Positions 37,046 through 48,197 are shown, numbered from the stretch's first letter. The stretch: DNA of 64,000 bases from Clostridia bacterium (GCA_050950825.1 JBMNIH010000004.1:664479-728478), one strand, 5' to 3'. Program-made: numbers and translations. The notes: generated by a model not told the origin, from the letters alone.

Positions 37046-38526
37046 ATGCGTAAAGTATTCATTCTGTTCAATATCATGTGCTTGCTAATGTTATGCGCTT
37101 GCACCGGTCCTCCTACACAACACGGAGATTTTGGACCTGAGTTAGAGGAAGAGAGTTTTTTAGATCGTAGACCATGCAAGCCGGATCCGATATCGATTTG
37201 ATTTTTCCCACGAAAGCTTGTGATTTTAATGAAACTTACAGAGATTTTTAGTCCTATTTCTTTTGGAATAAAGATTTTATTGAATTGTATAAGGACCTGA
37301 CACCTTATTTAATCCTTTGTCCGGATGTTTACGCCAACATGCAGCAATACGATTATGTCATGGATACGGTATCAAGAAGGGGGAAAATATACGCTTTATA
37401 CGCGGGAGTTCCGGAAATCAGCCATATCGCACTTATCGTAAAGAAGGAAATTCTTCAAAAATACAATATTCTGTCCGTTGGCGGTTTTGATGATCTATAC
37501 GGCTTGATGGAAAGAATGACGGAACAAGAAGGAAACAAGGAAGAGAACAAAATCTTTGTCAATGAACGAATATTGCTAAAAAACGCCGTAATAAAAGCAT
37601 GCTATTACCTCGGTTATGACGGAAACAGAAATTTAAACCCCTACAACATTGTCTGCAAGCCGGATGATGAAGATTACAAACCGATATTATTAATAGAAGA
37701 CACGGACGTTTTTGACGTCTTTTTCAACGAGTATGGCCGCTTTTTTCAACAATCCTATTTCAAACCGTTTCCTTACGATCCGCTTTCGGCTATAAAACCT
37801 GACGAACAGTTTTACCGATCTTTCTTTTCGAAAAACGGAGGCGGCATCTACTTACTCGACAACATTTTCTATTCGATCTATCGACTGTTCGATTATGACG
37901 AATATCCCGAAGAATATCCTTGGAACACATACAGCGCTTTTTTACTCGATAATGAGAATCCAATCGTAAATACCATCGACAGTATTCAGCTTATACTCGT
38001 CCCGTATACCTGCGATCAGCCGGAAAAGGCGATTAGCTTTGTCAATTGGCTGTTTACGGATGAAAAGATAGCCGACTTGTTAACCTTCGGTTCGAACCAA
38101 GGAAAATATCCTAACGATGCATTTACCCGGGAAGGCAACATAATGTATAAAGAGCGAAATAGCGTATACCGGTTTTACAACTTGATTGCAAGTTTTTCCG
38201 ACCGATTGCTTCCTTATGATAATAAAGCATTGGACGTATCGGAGGAATACTTAAGATTAGCTCGTAAAGCCGTTTATCCGCCCTTGTATCGCCGGCTCGA
38301 ATCCGTCCACAGTATACGATACGAAGCTTATCAAAATGCATCCTATGCCTTTACGCAAAACGATACGATGAAAAAAAGAACGGAGTATATTACAAAAGCC
38401 GTTGAAGGCTTATTAAAAGATCCTCTCTTCGTAACGGCCTTCGAAATGAAGCGAGACTTGGACAATATGACAAATTGTGACGAGCTTATGCAATTTATTA
38501 ATGAAAATATAAGGGGTATAGATTAA
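37046..38526 (+). pseudogene. Disrupted ABC solute-binding lipoprotein
   Basis: The N-terminal lipoprotein signal MRKVFILFNIMCLLMLCAC (37046) ends at TGA 37199. A downstream ORF in another frame carries SBP-like DLTPYL and PEKAISFVNWL..LLTFG motifs. Confidence 0.6.
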
Positions 38527-38579
38527 AGAGAATTCACTTTTTATCACTTTTTATCCGGTAAATTTGGCAAAAAAATTTG

Positions 38580-38608
38580 TAGACAAGAAAATTAGGGTAT
38601 GATATAAT
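38580..38608 (+). promoter_or_regulatory. Sigma-A promoter of the pyr operon
   Basis: TAGACA-17 bp-TATAAT with a TG extension. Confidence 0.8.
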
Positions 38609-38630
38609 TTGCAGAAATAAAATTTCATAT

Positions 38631-38730
38631 TGTCCTTTTAATGAGTCCGGAGAGGCGCAAAGGGAATCAACGATGAAGGTGATCATTCGATATTACCGGC
38701 TTTCCGCTTGCTCTATGGAAAGCTTTTTTT
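38631..38730 (+). promoter_or_regulatory. PyrR-binding RNA element and attenuator terminator
   Basis: CCTTTTAA..AGTCCGGAGAGGC..AAAGGG matches the PyrR loop. Terminator GCTTTCC/GGAAAGC plus T7 at 38699-38730. Confidence 0.92.
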
Positions 38731-38760
38731 GTTGAAAGGACAGAAAAACAAGATATTTAG

Positions 38761-39303
<543 letters not shown>

Positions 39304-39315
39304 AGGGGGCGTTTT

Positions 39316-40239
39316 ATGATATTAAAAAGCAAGGACCTATTGGGCCTTAAAGATATTACGAAAGAAGAGATTCAAGGCATTTTGGATACGGCTAAAACCA
39401 TGAAGCTCATTATTCAATCCGGAACCAAAAAGACACCTCATCTTCAAGGAAAAACCGTCATTACGCTTTTTTACGAGAACAGCACAAGAACCCGTACATC
39501 CTTTGAGCTGGCCGCTAAGTATATGAGCGGAAACAGCGTGAATATATCCGTGTCTACAAGCAGCGTGGCAAAAGGGGAGACTTTAATCGATACCGGAAGG
39601 ACTTTGGATGTAATGGGAACGGATGTCATCATAATTCGCCACTCCATGGCGGGAGCTCCGGATTTGCTGGCGAAACACACAAATGCCGCCGTAATCAATG
39701 CCGGAGACGGACTGAACGAACATCCCACCCAAGCATTATTGGATATGTTCACCGTTATGGAAGCCAAAGGGGATCTTAACGGCTTAAAGGTAGCGATCGT
39801 AGGTGACATACTCCATTCAAGGGTTGCAAGAAGCAATATATGGGGGATGACAAAAATGGGAGCAAAGGTTGTGGTGGCAGGACCCCCGACACTCCTTCCG
39901 TCTCATATCAAGGATTTGGGTGTGGAAGCCTATACCGACATCGAAAAAGCGGTTGAGGATGCGGACGTGGTAATGGCTTTACGAATACAAAAAGAACGTC
40001 TGGAAAAAGGTTTGTTCCCCTCCGTCAGCGAGTATGCAAGATTCTTCGGAATCAATGAAAATATCGTGAAAAAAGCAAAAAAAGACGCTTTAATCATGCA
40101 TCCGGGTCCCGTGAACCGAGGCGTGGAAATCACGTCGGCATTAGTCGACGGGGATTCTTCTCTCATTGATACCCAAGTTACCAACGGAGTGGCCATACGA
40201 ATGGCTCTATTGTATCTTATGACAAGAAAGGACGGATAA
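39316..40239 (+). CDS. pyrB: Aspartate carbamoyltransferase catalytic subunit
   Basis: FYENSTRTR, HPTQALLD and MHPGP motifs. Confidence 0.98.
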   Translation: MILKSKDLLGLKDITKEEIQGILDTAKTMKLIIQSGTKKTPHLQGKTVITLFYENSTRTRTSFELAAKYMSGNSVNISVSTSSVAKGETLIDTGRTLDVMGTDVIIIRHSMAGAPDLLAKHTNAAVINAGDGLNEHPTQALLDMFTVMEAKGDLNGLKVAIVGDILHSRVARSNIWGMTKMGAKVVVAGPPTLLPSHIKDLGVEAYTDIEKAVEDADVVMALRIQKERLEKGLFPSVSEYARFFGINENIVKKAKKDALIMHPGPVNRGVEITSALVDGDSSLIDTQVTNGVAIRMALLYLMTRKDG

Positions 40240-40241
40240 TC

Positions 40242-41522
40242 ATGCGTTTATTAATAAAGAACGGATTTGTAACGGACGGTATCGGTATTCATACGGGTAT
40301 ACGAGATATTTATATAGAAGGCGGGGTTATAAAACAAATTGGAGAAAATTTGTCCTATCAAGCGGATCGAGTTATCGACGCGGAAGGGCTGTATGTATTT
40401 CCCGGGTTTGTGGATGCCCACTGTCACCTAAGAGATCCGGGTTACGAATACAAGGAAGACATTAAAAGCGGAACCTTAAGCGCTGCATACGGAGGCTTTA
40501 CTTCCGTCGCCTGTATGCCTAACACCAATCCCGTAGCCGACAACAAAGCGGTTATCACTTATATCATCGATAAAGCCAAAAAAGAAGGTGTTGTCCATGT
40601 TTATCCCATTGGCGCCATTACGAAAGGCCAAAAGGGAGAAGTACTTGCGGATATAGGGGAGATGAAGGAGGCCGGAGCGGTAGCCATATCCGATGACGGA
40701 GTTCCCGTAGCTTCCGCTTCTTTGATGCGAAAAGCCATTCAATACGCGTCGGCTTTCGGTTTGACCGTCATTTCTCATTGCGAGGATTTAAGCCTTAAGG
40801 AAAACGGATCCATGAACGAAGGATACATGTCCACGGTATTAGGCTTGCCGGGGATTCCGCATGAAGCGGAAGAGGTGATGGTGGCAAGAGAGATCCTTTT
40901 ATCGGAGGGATTAGGTATACCCGTCCACATCGCCCATGTCAGTACAAAAACATCCGTGACATTGATTCGGGATGCCAAAAAACGAGGAGTGAGGATTACT
41001 TGCGAGACGTGTCCCCACTACTTCAGCTTAACCGACGAAGCGGTACGAGGATACAATACGAATGCAAAAGTGAACCCGCCATTGAGAACCGAGGAGGATC
41101 GATTGGCCATATTGGAAGGCTTGGCGGATGATACCATTGATATCATTGCTACCGACCACGCTCCTCATCATATAGACGAAAAGGACGTGGAGTTTAATTT
41201 GGCGTCTAACGGAATATCCGGATTTGAAACCGCTTTCGGATTGTGTTCCGAGTATTTGCTGAAAACCGGGGTCCTTTCTTTAGAGCGGTTCGTTAGCAAA
41301 ATAGCCGTAAATCCGGCAAGATTGCTGAGAATTCCAAAAGGTACGCTGAAGGAAGGTTCGGCTGCCGATATTACCGTTTGCGATTTGAAAAAAGAAACGA
41401 TAGTCGACGTGAGAAAGTTCCGATCCAAAGGCAAAAATTCTCCCTTTGACGGGAAACGACTGCAAGGAGCCGTGATCTATACCGTCGTTGACGGCAATGT
41501 CGTTGTTGAAAATAGGGAGTAA
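40242..41522 (+). CDS. pyrC: Dihydroorotase
   Basis: DAHCHLRDPG, KVNPPLR and TDHAPH motifs. Confidence 0.97.
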   Translation: MRLLIKNGFVTDGIGIHTGIRDIYIEGGVIKQIGENLSYQADRVIDAEGLYVFPGFVDAHCHLRDPGYEYKEDIKSGTLSAAYGGFTSVACMPNTNPVADNKAVITYIIDKAKKEGVVHVYPIGAITKGQKGEVLADIGEMKEAGAVAISDDGVPVASASLMRKAIQYASAFGLTVISHCEDLSLKENGSMNEGYMSTVLGLPGIPHEAEEVMVAREILLSEGLGIPVHIAHVSTKTSVTLIRDAKKRGVRITCETCPHYFSLTDEAVRGYNTNAKVNPPLRTEEDRLAILEGLADDTIDIIATDHAPHHIDEKDVEFNLASNGISGFETAFGLCSEYLLKTGVLSLERFVSKIAVNPARLLRIPKGTLKEGSAADITVCDLKKETIVDVRKFRSKGKNSPFDGKRLQGAVIYTVVDGNVVVENRE

Positions 41523-41525
41523 CGT

Positions 41526-42473
41526 ATGTTTGCAGATAAATTGACGGAAAAAATAATGTCAACGGGAAACCCCACGGTGGCGGGATTGGACCCGAGAATC
41601 GAGTATTTGCCCGAATGTATCGTAAAAGAAGCGGTCGGTTTGTACGGCAAATCCTTAAAGGCTTGCGGGTATGCCATTAAAACCTTTAACAAGCAAGTGA
41701 TCGACACGCTTTGCGGTATCGTTCCCGCGATCAAGCCCCAATTCGCTTATTACGAATTGTACGGGGTCGAAGGGATGTCGGCTTTGTTTGAAACGGTTTC
41801 TTATGCCAAAGAAAAAGGCATGCTTGTCATCGGGGACGCAAAAAGAAACGATATCGGAAGCACAGCAAAAGCCTATTCCGATGCCTATTTAGGCAGAGTC
41901 GATTTATTCGGGGAATTAAAACCGGTTATGGATATCGATGCATTGACCGTAAATCCCTACTTGGGAATCGACGGGATCAAGCCTTTTTTAGAGGACTGTA
42001 TAAAATACGGGAAAGGTATTTTTGTTCTTGTGAAAACCTCCAATCCCTCCTCCGGGCAGCTCCAAGACTTGATATCGGAGGACGAGAGGATTTACGAAAG
42101 AATGGCATGCCTTACGGCGGCATGGTCGGAGGGCTTGACGGGAAAGTACGGATACGGTCCCATAGGAGCGGTGGTAGGCGCAACCTATCCGGAGCAAGCC
42201 AAAAGGATCCGTGAATTAATCCCGAACGGTTATATACTGGTACCGGGATACGGAGCCCAGGGCGGAACGGCAAAGGATTGCTTGCCTTCCTTTAAAAAAG
42301 ACGGAACGGGAGCTATCATTAATGCTTCAAGAAGCCTGGTATTTGCGTACAAGACGGCACGGTGGGCGTCTTCGTATAACGGTGAAAATTATCTTGAAAT
42401 CATTCGGGAAGAAGCCATCCGAATGAAGAAGGAAATACAGGATGCATTTGCGGAACAAAATGCGGGAGAATAA
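41526..42473 (+). CDS. pyrF: Orotidine-5'-phosphate decarboxylase (long form)
   Basis: GLDP, DAKRNDIGST, VVGAT, PGYGAQGG and NASR motifs. Confidence 0.96.
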   Translation: MFADKLTEKIMSTGNPTVAGLDPRIEYLPECIVKEAVGLYGKSLKACGYAIKTFNKQVIDTLCGIVPAIKPQFAYYELYGVEGMSALFETVSYAKEKGMLVIGDAKRNDIGSTAKAYSDAYLGRVDLFGELKPVMDIDALTVNPYLGIDGIKPFLEDCIKYGKGIFVLVKTSNPSSGQLQDLISEDERIYERMACLTAAWSEGLTGKYGYGPIGAVVGATYPEQAKRIRELIPNGYILVPGYGAQGGTAKDCLPSFKKDGTGAIINASRSLVFAYKTARWASSYNGENYLEIIREEAIRMKKEIQDAFAEQNAGE

Positions 42474-42474
42474 A

Positions 42475-43263
42475 ATGACGAAATGGAATTCGGGTATTGT
42501 ACTGGAGAATAAGAGAATAAGAAGCACCGATATTTACATCATGAAGGTTCGGTTGAAAGGGGATGTGGACCCTTCATATCCGGGGCAATTTGTAAATATT
42601 CGCTGTTCCAAAGGTACCGATCCTTTATTGAGAAGGCCGATCAGCATCTTGCGATTCGATCCTGCGGAGAACATCTTTGAAATCGTGTACGAAGTAAGGG
42701 GAAAGGGCACGCAATATTTGTCTTTACTTAAACAGGGTGAAGATTTGGATGTTTTAGGTCCTTTAGGAAATCGGTTTTGCTTAAAGGAGGAATATGAAAG
42801 AATTGCCGTTGTAGGCGGCGGAATCGGTATCTTTCCTCTTATTCATCTTTTGGAATCCCTGCCGGAGAAGGTTTTTGCAGACGTTTTTTTCGGATTTCGA
42901 GATTCCGACAGGATTCTTTGGGAGATACTGCCTAAAAAAGATAACATAAAGCTTTACATCTCTACGGACGATAAAAGCTTCGGTTACGGCGGCTTTATTA
43001 CGGATTTGTTCAAAGAAAACACGTCGGATAAAAAATACGATGCGGTTTATACTTGCGGTCCCAAACCCATGATGAAGATCGTCGCAGAAGCTTGTATGGC
43101 TAAAGACATCGAGTGTTTCGTTTCTTTGGAGGAAAGAATGGCATGCGGAATCGGAGCATGCCTCGGTTGCGCTTGCCGGGTTCAAACCGAAAACGATAAG
43201 ATCGGTTATGGGCACGTGTGCAAGGACGGTCCGGTTTTTAATGCTCGTAAGGTCGTTTTATGA
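42475..43263 (+). CDS. pyrK: Dihydroorotate dehydrogenase electron transfer subunit
   Basis: RRPISI, GGGIG, CGP and MACGIGACLGC..CKDGPVF (2Fe-2S) motifs. Confidence 0.96.
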   Translation: MTKWNSGIVLENKRIRSTDIYIMKVRLKGDVDPSYPGQFVNIRCSKGTDPLLRRPISILRFDPAENIFEIVYEVRGKGTQYLSLLKQGEDLDVLGPLGNRFCLKEEYERIAVVGGGIGIFPLIHLLESLPEKVFADVFFGFRDSDRILWEILPKKDNIKLYISTDDKSFGYGGFITDLFKENTSDKKYDAVYTCGPKPMMKIVAEACMAKDIECFVSLEERMACGIGACLGCACRVQTENDKIGYGHVCKDGPVFNARKVVL

Positions 43264-43283
43264 CATGGCTTTTGGAGAATGGT

Positions 43284-44207
43284 ATGAATGAAAAGAATAT
43301 AAATTTATCGATTGATATACAAGGGTTAAAATTAAAAAATCCTGTTATTGCCGCATCCGGAACCTACGGATTCGGACGGGAGTATGCGGAATATGTAGAT
43401 TTGAATGATTGGGGAGGGATTTCGGTCAAAGGGTTGACTTTGGAAGAAAGAATCGGAAACCCTCCTCCTCGAACCGTGGAAACTCCCTCCGGAATGCTGA
43501 ATGCCATAGGCTTGCAGAATCCGGGGGTTCATGCATTCATACAAAACGAGCTTCCTTTTTTAAGACGGTTTGATACGGCGGTTATCGCCAACGTGGCGGG
43601 AAATACGGCGGAAGAATACGCTACGATGGCTCGGATTTTGGATAAGGCCGATATCGACGCTATCGAATTGAATTTGTCATGTCCGAACGTGAAAAAAGGC
43701 TGTATGGCTTTCGGAAGCACCCCCGAAGGGATTTTTCAGGTCGTAAAAGATGTAAGAAGAGAAACGAGAAAACCCTTAATCGTAAAACTGACTCCCAATG
43801 TAACCGACATTACGGAGCCGGCAATGGCGGCACAAGAAGCCGGAGCCGATATTTTATCCTTGATTAACACCCTTTTGGGAATGGTTATCGATATTCATAC
43901 GAGAAAACCGGTATTGGCGAATAATACGGGGGGACTTTCCGGTCCCGCCGTTCGGCCTGTTGCTGTCCGAATGGTTTACCAAGTCGCACAGGCCGTGAGC
44001 ATTCCGGTAATCGGAATGGGCGGAATTACATCCGGTAAAGATGCCATCGAATTTATATTAGCCGGAGCTTCGGCGGTGATGGTAGGAACTTGGAACTTTG
44101 CGGATCCCGCTTGCGTCAAAAAAATAACCGAGGAAATAAAAGCATATATGATAAGATATGACATTTCCGATTTAAAGGAATTGGTTGGCAAAGTGGAGAT
44201 TTATTGA
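43284..44207 (+). CDS. pyrD: Dihydroorotate dehydrogenase (family 1B)
   Basis: ASGT, NAIGLQNPG, ELNLSCPN, KLTPN and GGLSG motifs. Confidence 0.97.
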   Translation: MNEKNINLSIDIQGLKLKNPVIAASGTYGFGREYAEYVDLNDWGGISVKGLTLEERIGNPPPRTVETPSGMLNAIGLQNPGVHAFIQNELPFLRRFDTAVIANVAGNTAEEYATMARILDKADIDAIELNLSCPNVKKGCMAFGSTPEGIFQVVKDVRRETRKPLIVKLTPNVTDITEPAMAAQEAGADILSLINTLLGMVIDIHTRKPVLANNTGGLSGPAVRPVAVRMVYQVAQAVSIPVIGMGGITSGKDAIEFILAGASAVMVGTWNFADPACVKKITEEIKAYMIRYDISDLKELVGKVEIY

Positions 44208-44483
44208 ACTTGTTTTATTTGTGTGATAAGATGGATATACTAATTACACAATGAACGAACATAAAATGACGGTGTCGTATTGTTTAAGAGTGCGGATTTA
44301 TATACGACACGGCATGTGAGACATAAAGAAAAATATGAATAGTTGGCGAATAGACCCCATGTATTAAGCCGTACATACATGTTTTTTGATTCGGGAACGG
44401 TTCGATTTTTCAAAAAATGCGGTAAAACATTGGGGTGTATTCGTGTTTGTGTTTTTTTGATACCATTTGGAGGTGTATTTTAT

Positions 44484-46148
44484 TTGTCAAAAAGAAACTA
44501 TAAGCTAAAGGTAATACCGCTAGGCGGTTTACAAGAGATAGGAAAAAACATTACGATATTCGAATCGGAAGAAGATATTATTGTCGTTGACTGCGGCATG
44601 GCTTTTCCGGAAGAAAGCATGCTAGGCATCGACTTGGTGATTCCGGATATATCCTATTTAATCGATAATGTTGATAAAATAAGGGGGATCATTCTGACCC
44701 ACGGTCATGAAGACCATATCGGCGGTGTTCCCTATATTATAAACAGAATTAACGTACCGATTTATGCCCCGGATATTGTGATCGGTTTATTAAAAATCAA
44801 GCTGGAAGAACACGGCCTTTTGGCCGATGTATCGCTGAACGAAATCGGACCCGACGATGTTTTGCAATTGGGGGGCTTTAAAGTCGAATTTATCAGTACG
44901 AACCACAGTATTCCGAATACGTTGTCCTTGGCGATTCATACTCCCATCGGCATTGTTGTTCATACATCGGACTTCAAAATTGACCACACTCCCATAGCGG
45001 GAAATTCCGTGGATTTGAATAAATTTGCTCGTTTAGGCGATCAAGGCGTTCTTTTGCTTTTGGCGGATAGCACGAATGCGGAACGTCCCGGTTATTCCAT
45101 GTCCGAAAGCGTGGTAGGCCGAACATTGAAAGAATACTTTGGCAAAGCCAAAGGCAGAATCATAGTAGCTACCTTTGCATCCAACATTCACCGTATTCAG
45201 CAGGTCATTAATGCCGCCGAAATGTACGGAAGAAAAATCGCGTTTTCCGGAAGAAGCATGTTTAACGTGGTGGAAACGGCATTGGAGCTCGGCTATATTA
45301 ATGTAAAGGAAAGCTCCGTCGTAAGCTTGGACAATATTGCCGATTATCCCATGGAGAAGCAAACCATCATAACCACCGGAACCCAAGGGGAGCCGATGTC
45401 CGCTTTAACAAGAATTGCATCCGGCAACCATAAGCAGGTCAGCATCCAAAAGGATGATATGGTGATTATTTCGGCTAGCCCCATCCCGGGGAATGAAAAA
45501 TACATCTTTAAAGTTATAAACGATTTGTTTAAAAAAGGAGCGGAAGTTATTTATCAATCCCTAGCCGACATCCATGTATCCGGTCACGCTTGCCAAGAAG
45601 AGTTAAAGATTATTCATTCTCTGACAAAACCGAAGTATTTTATACCTGTTCACGGGGAATACCGACACTTGAAGCAGCATGCCAACCTTGCGAAAAACTT
45701 AGGTATGAAGGAAGAAAACATATTTATATTGGATAACGGAGAATGCTTGGAATTCTCCAAATCCGGTGTTAACAAGCTGGCCAGCGTTGTAGCCGGCAGC
45801 GTATTGGTAGACGGATTGGGCGTCGGCGACGTTGGAAACATTGTACTAAGAGACCGGAAGCACTTGTCCCAAGACGGATTGGTGGTTGTGGTTATCAGCA
45901 GAGAAAAACAGGAAAACAAGTTTATCGGTTCTCCGGACATTATCTCAAGAGGTTTTATCTACGTGAAAGAATCGGAAAGCTTGTTGGAAGAAGCAAAGAA
46001 CAAGATTGTGGAAACGTTAAAGAAAAAGTCCTGTACGTCAGGGGATTGGGATACCGTTAAAACCGTTGTAAAACAGGAGTTGGGTGCCTTTTTATACGAT
46101 AAAACAAAAAGAAGACCCATGATTTTACCGATTATTGTGGAAGTATAA
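44484..46148 (+). CDS. rnj: Ribonuclease J
   Basis: PLGGLQEIGKN, THGHEDHIG, TGTQGEP, HVSGHA and PVHGE motifs. TTG start after SD GGAGGTG. Confidence 0.97.
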   Translation: MSKRNYKLKVIPLGGLQEIGKNITIFESEEDIIVVDCGMAFPEESMLGIDLVIPDISYLIDNVDKIRGIILTHGHEDHIGGVPYIINRINVPIYAPDIVIGLLKIKLEEHGLLADVSLNEIGPDDVLQLGGFKVEFISTNHSIPNTLSLAIHTPIGIVVHTSDFKIDHTPIAGNSVDLNKFARLGDQGVLLLLADSTNAERPGYSMSESVVGRTLKEYFGKAKGRIIVATFASNIHRIQQVINAAEMYGRKIAFSGRSMFNVVETALELGYINVKESSVVSLDNIADYPMEKQTIITTGTQGEPMSALTRIASGNHKQVSIQKDDMVIISASPIPGNEKYIFKVINDLFKKGAEVIYQSLADIHVSGHACQEELKIIHSLTKPKYFIPVHGEYRHLKQHANLAKNLGMKEENIFILDNGECLEFSKSGVNKLASVVAGSVLVDGLGVGDVGNIVLRDRKHLSQDGLVVVVISREKQENKFIGSPDIISRGFIYVKESESLLEEAKNKIVETLKKKSCTSGDWDTVKTVVKQELGAFLYDKTKRRPMILPIIVEV

Positions 46149-46176
46149 GACCTTTAATATTGGAAGAAGGTATGAA

Positions 46177-46222
46177 AAAAGGATGTCGACCAAAGCTTTT
46201 AAAATGAGGTCAACATCCTTTT
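46177..46222. terminator. Bidirectional terminator between rnj and the corrinoid gene
   Basis: AAAAGGATGT-C-GACC pairs with GGTC-A-ACATCCTTTT between convergent genes. Confidence 0.75.
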
Positions 46223-46238
46223 ATTTATTCTTCGATTA

Positions 46239-46877
46239 TTATTTTTGCATACAAGCTGCCAATGCGGCTTCCGCTGCCGATGCGGCGTCCGGTCTGTATA
46301 TGTCGGCGCCGATGGATTTGCAGTAGTTTTCATTAACGGGTGCACCGCCTACCATAATGGTAACTTTGTCACGAATGCCGGCTTCCGTTACTTTATCCAC
46401 TACGTTTTTCATTTCTCCCATGGTGGTTGTGAGAAGAGCCGAACATGCGATAACTTGAGCGTCATTTTCGATGGCGGCTTTCACGAATTCTTCCGCAGGA
46501 ACGTCTACACCTAAATCGATGATTTTAAGACCTTTTCCTTCCATCATCATTTTAACCAGGTTTTTACCGATGTCATGGAGGTCTCCCTTGCATGTTCCGA
46601 TAACTACGGTACCTGCCGATTTAATACCGCTGGAAGCTAATACGGGTCTTAAAAGATCCAAGCCTGCATACATGGCTCTCGCGGCAATGAGTACGTCCGG
46701 CACATACACTTCGTTGTTCTTAAACTTTTCACCTACAACGTCCATTCCCGCAATTAATCCTTTTTCGAGGATATCTTTTGCTTCGATTCCTTCTTCAAGG
46801 GCTTTTTTTACCAGCGCAGATACCTCTTTCATTCTACCTTTTTGCAATAATGCACTGATTTCTTCCAAAATGTTCAT
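46239..46877 (-). CDS. Methyltransferase-cognate corrinoid (B12-binding) protein
   Basis: Cap domain (GMDVVGEKF), DLHDIGKNLV (DxHxxG), SALLTTT and VGGAP motifs. Confidence 0.93.
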   Translation of the reverse strand: MNILEEISALLQKGRMKEVSALVKKALEEGIEAKDILEKGLIAGMDVVGEKFKNNEVYVPDVLIAARAMYAGLDLLRPVLASSGIKSAGTVVIGTCKGDLHDIGKNLVKMMMEGKGLKIIDLGVDVPAEEFVKAAIENDAQVIACSALLTTTMGEMKNVVDKVTEAGIRDKVTIMVGGAPVNENYCKSIGADIYRPDAASAAEAALAACMQK

Positions 46878-46910
46878 AGTTTCACTCCTTCAAGTGTCGT
46901 TAATATAAAA

Positions 46911-48197
46911 TCACCTTTCTTTAGGTGTTTTGTACAACCTGCCTTTGGACTCGCGATATTTTCCGGGAGACACCCCGGCAATTTTCTTAAACACTTTGTT
47001 AAAATAGCTTTGGTCTTCGTATCCTACCAATTCGGCTATTTCCGCTAGCGAAAGCTGCTCGTCGGCTAACAGCCTTTTGCTCATTTCGATCCGAACTTTA
47101 TTCACGTAAGAGTTGAAGGTGCACTTCATTTCTTCCTTAAATATTCGGCTGAAATAGGTAGGAGACAAAAAGGAATAAGAAGCGACCTCTTCCAAGGTTA
47201 TCTTCTTCATATAATTATTATTGATGTAATTTAAAGAACGATAAAGGACATCTACATGCTTAATATCCGTTAAATTGAAAACACAGTCGGAAAATCTTGC
47301 CATGATTTTCGTCAGCCACTCCGTCAATTCTTCTACGGTATTCAGCTTGTGAATATCATTCAAGAAGACGTAGTTCATGCCGAAGATTTCCCTCATATCG
47401 CCGCCTCCTTCCACGGCGGCACGAGACAAAACCACCACCAATTCCAATACGCGTGCTTTGATAATATTGAAGTTTTTGCCGCTGGAAAAGAAGATATGTC
47501 CGAATATTTCATTGAGAACTCTTCGGGCTTGGACAATATTGCCGACGGTTATATAGGAAACCAACTCTTTTTCCTTTTCCAAAGGATAAGGGTCGATTTT
47601 GTTTTCATCTTCTTCTTTTTTAAGGGACAAAATATAATCGTTGATTGCACCTTGCATGTCCTGAAATTCTCTGTTGGACTCGTAAGGCCCTTGCGTACCG
47701 TAAGATACAAAAATGGCAACACTGTATAAAATATCGGATAATGCTTCCGTACGAAGGGTGGATACCATAGGTATGTGATTGAAATAATCTTTATACTTTA
47801 ATAACTCTTTGGCAAAGGGTTGATTTCCGATAATATCCTCGGGCTGCAGCTCTTCGTCGTTGGATAATATAATAGGCCCTCCAAGCAAAGCTCCTTTGAC
47901 CAGACCGTCTTCCGTTACGGGCGAGATAAAGTGAGCCAAACCCATATGGCAAAAAAATACGTACTTGCCGCCGAATCTTTCCGCTTGATAGGCGCCATAC
48001 AAATGATTTCGAATGCACTTTTCGTTGAACTCCGGCGATTCTCGCAGTTTATCGCAAAGCTCGCAACAGATCTTCCCTCTGTGCAACTCCCGTCCTTTCG
48101 AATCGATCACTGCACATCTGATCCCGGTTGCCGTTTCGTATGAGTCAGCATAAGAATACACCGTATCCATGTTAAGTGTTTTGCGTGTGTTGGTCAT
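46911..48197 (-). CDS. PocR sensor-domain AraC family transcriptional regulator
   Basis: N-terminal Cys pattern (CELC..KC..FFCHMGL) of PocR. C-terminal AraC HTH (SPTYFSRIFK..VGYEDQSYFNKVFKK..SPGKYR). Confidence 0.9.
   Translation of the reverse strand: MTNTRKTLNMDTVYSYADSYETATGIRCAVIDSKGRELHRGKICCELCDKLRESPEFNEKCIRNHLYGAYQAERFGGKYVFFCHMGLAHFISPVTEDGLVKGALLGGPIILSNDEELQPEDIIGNQPFAKELLKYKDYFNHIPMVSTLRTEALSDILYSVAIFVSYGTQGPYESNREFQDMQGAINDYILSLKKEEDENKIDPYPLEKEKELVSYITVGNIVQARRVLNEIFGHIFFSSGKNFNIIKARVLELVVVLSRAAVEGGGDMREIFGMNYVFLNDIHKLNTVEELTEWLTKIMARFSDCVFNLTDIKHVDVLYRSLNYINNNYMKKITLEEVASYSFLSPTYFSRIFKEEMKCTFNSYVNKVRIEMSKRLLADEQLSLAEIAELVGYEDQSYFNKVFKKIAGVSPGKYRESKGRLYKTPKER

Noticed and set aside
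44343-44483. 47-aa N-terminal extension of RNase J
   Set aside because: A strong SD (GGAGGTG) precedes TTG 44484, and the upstream sequence is better explained as a structured leader.
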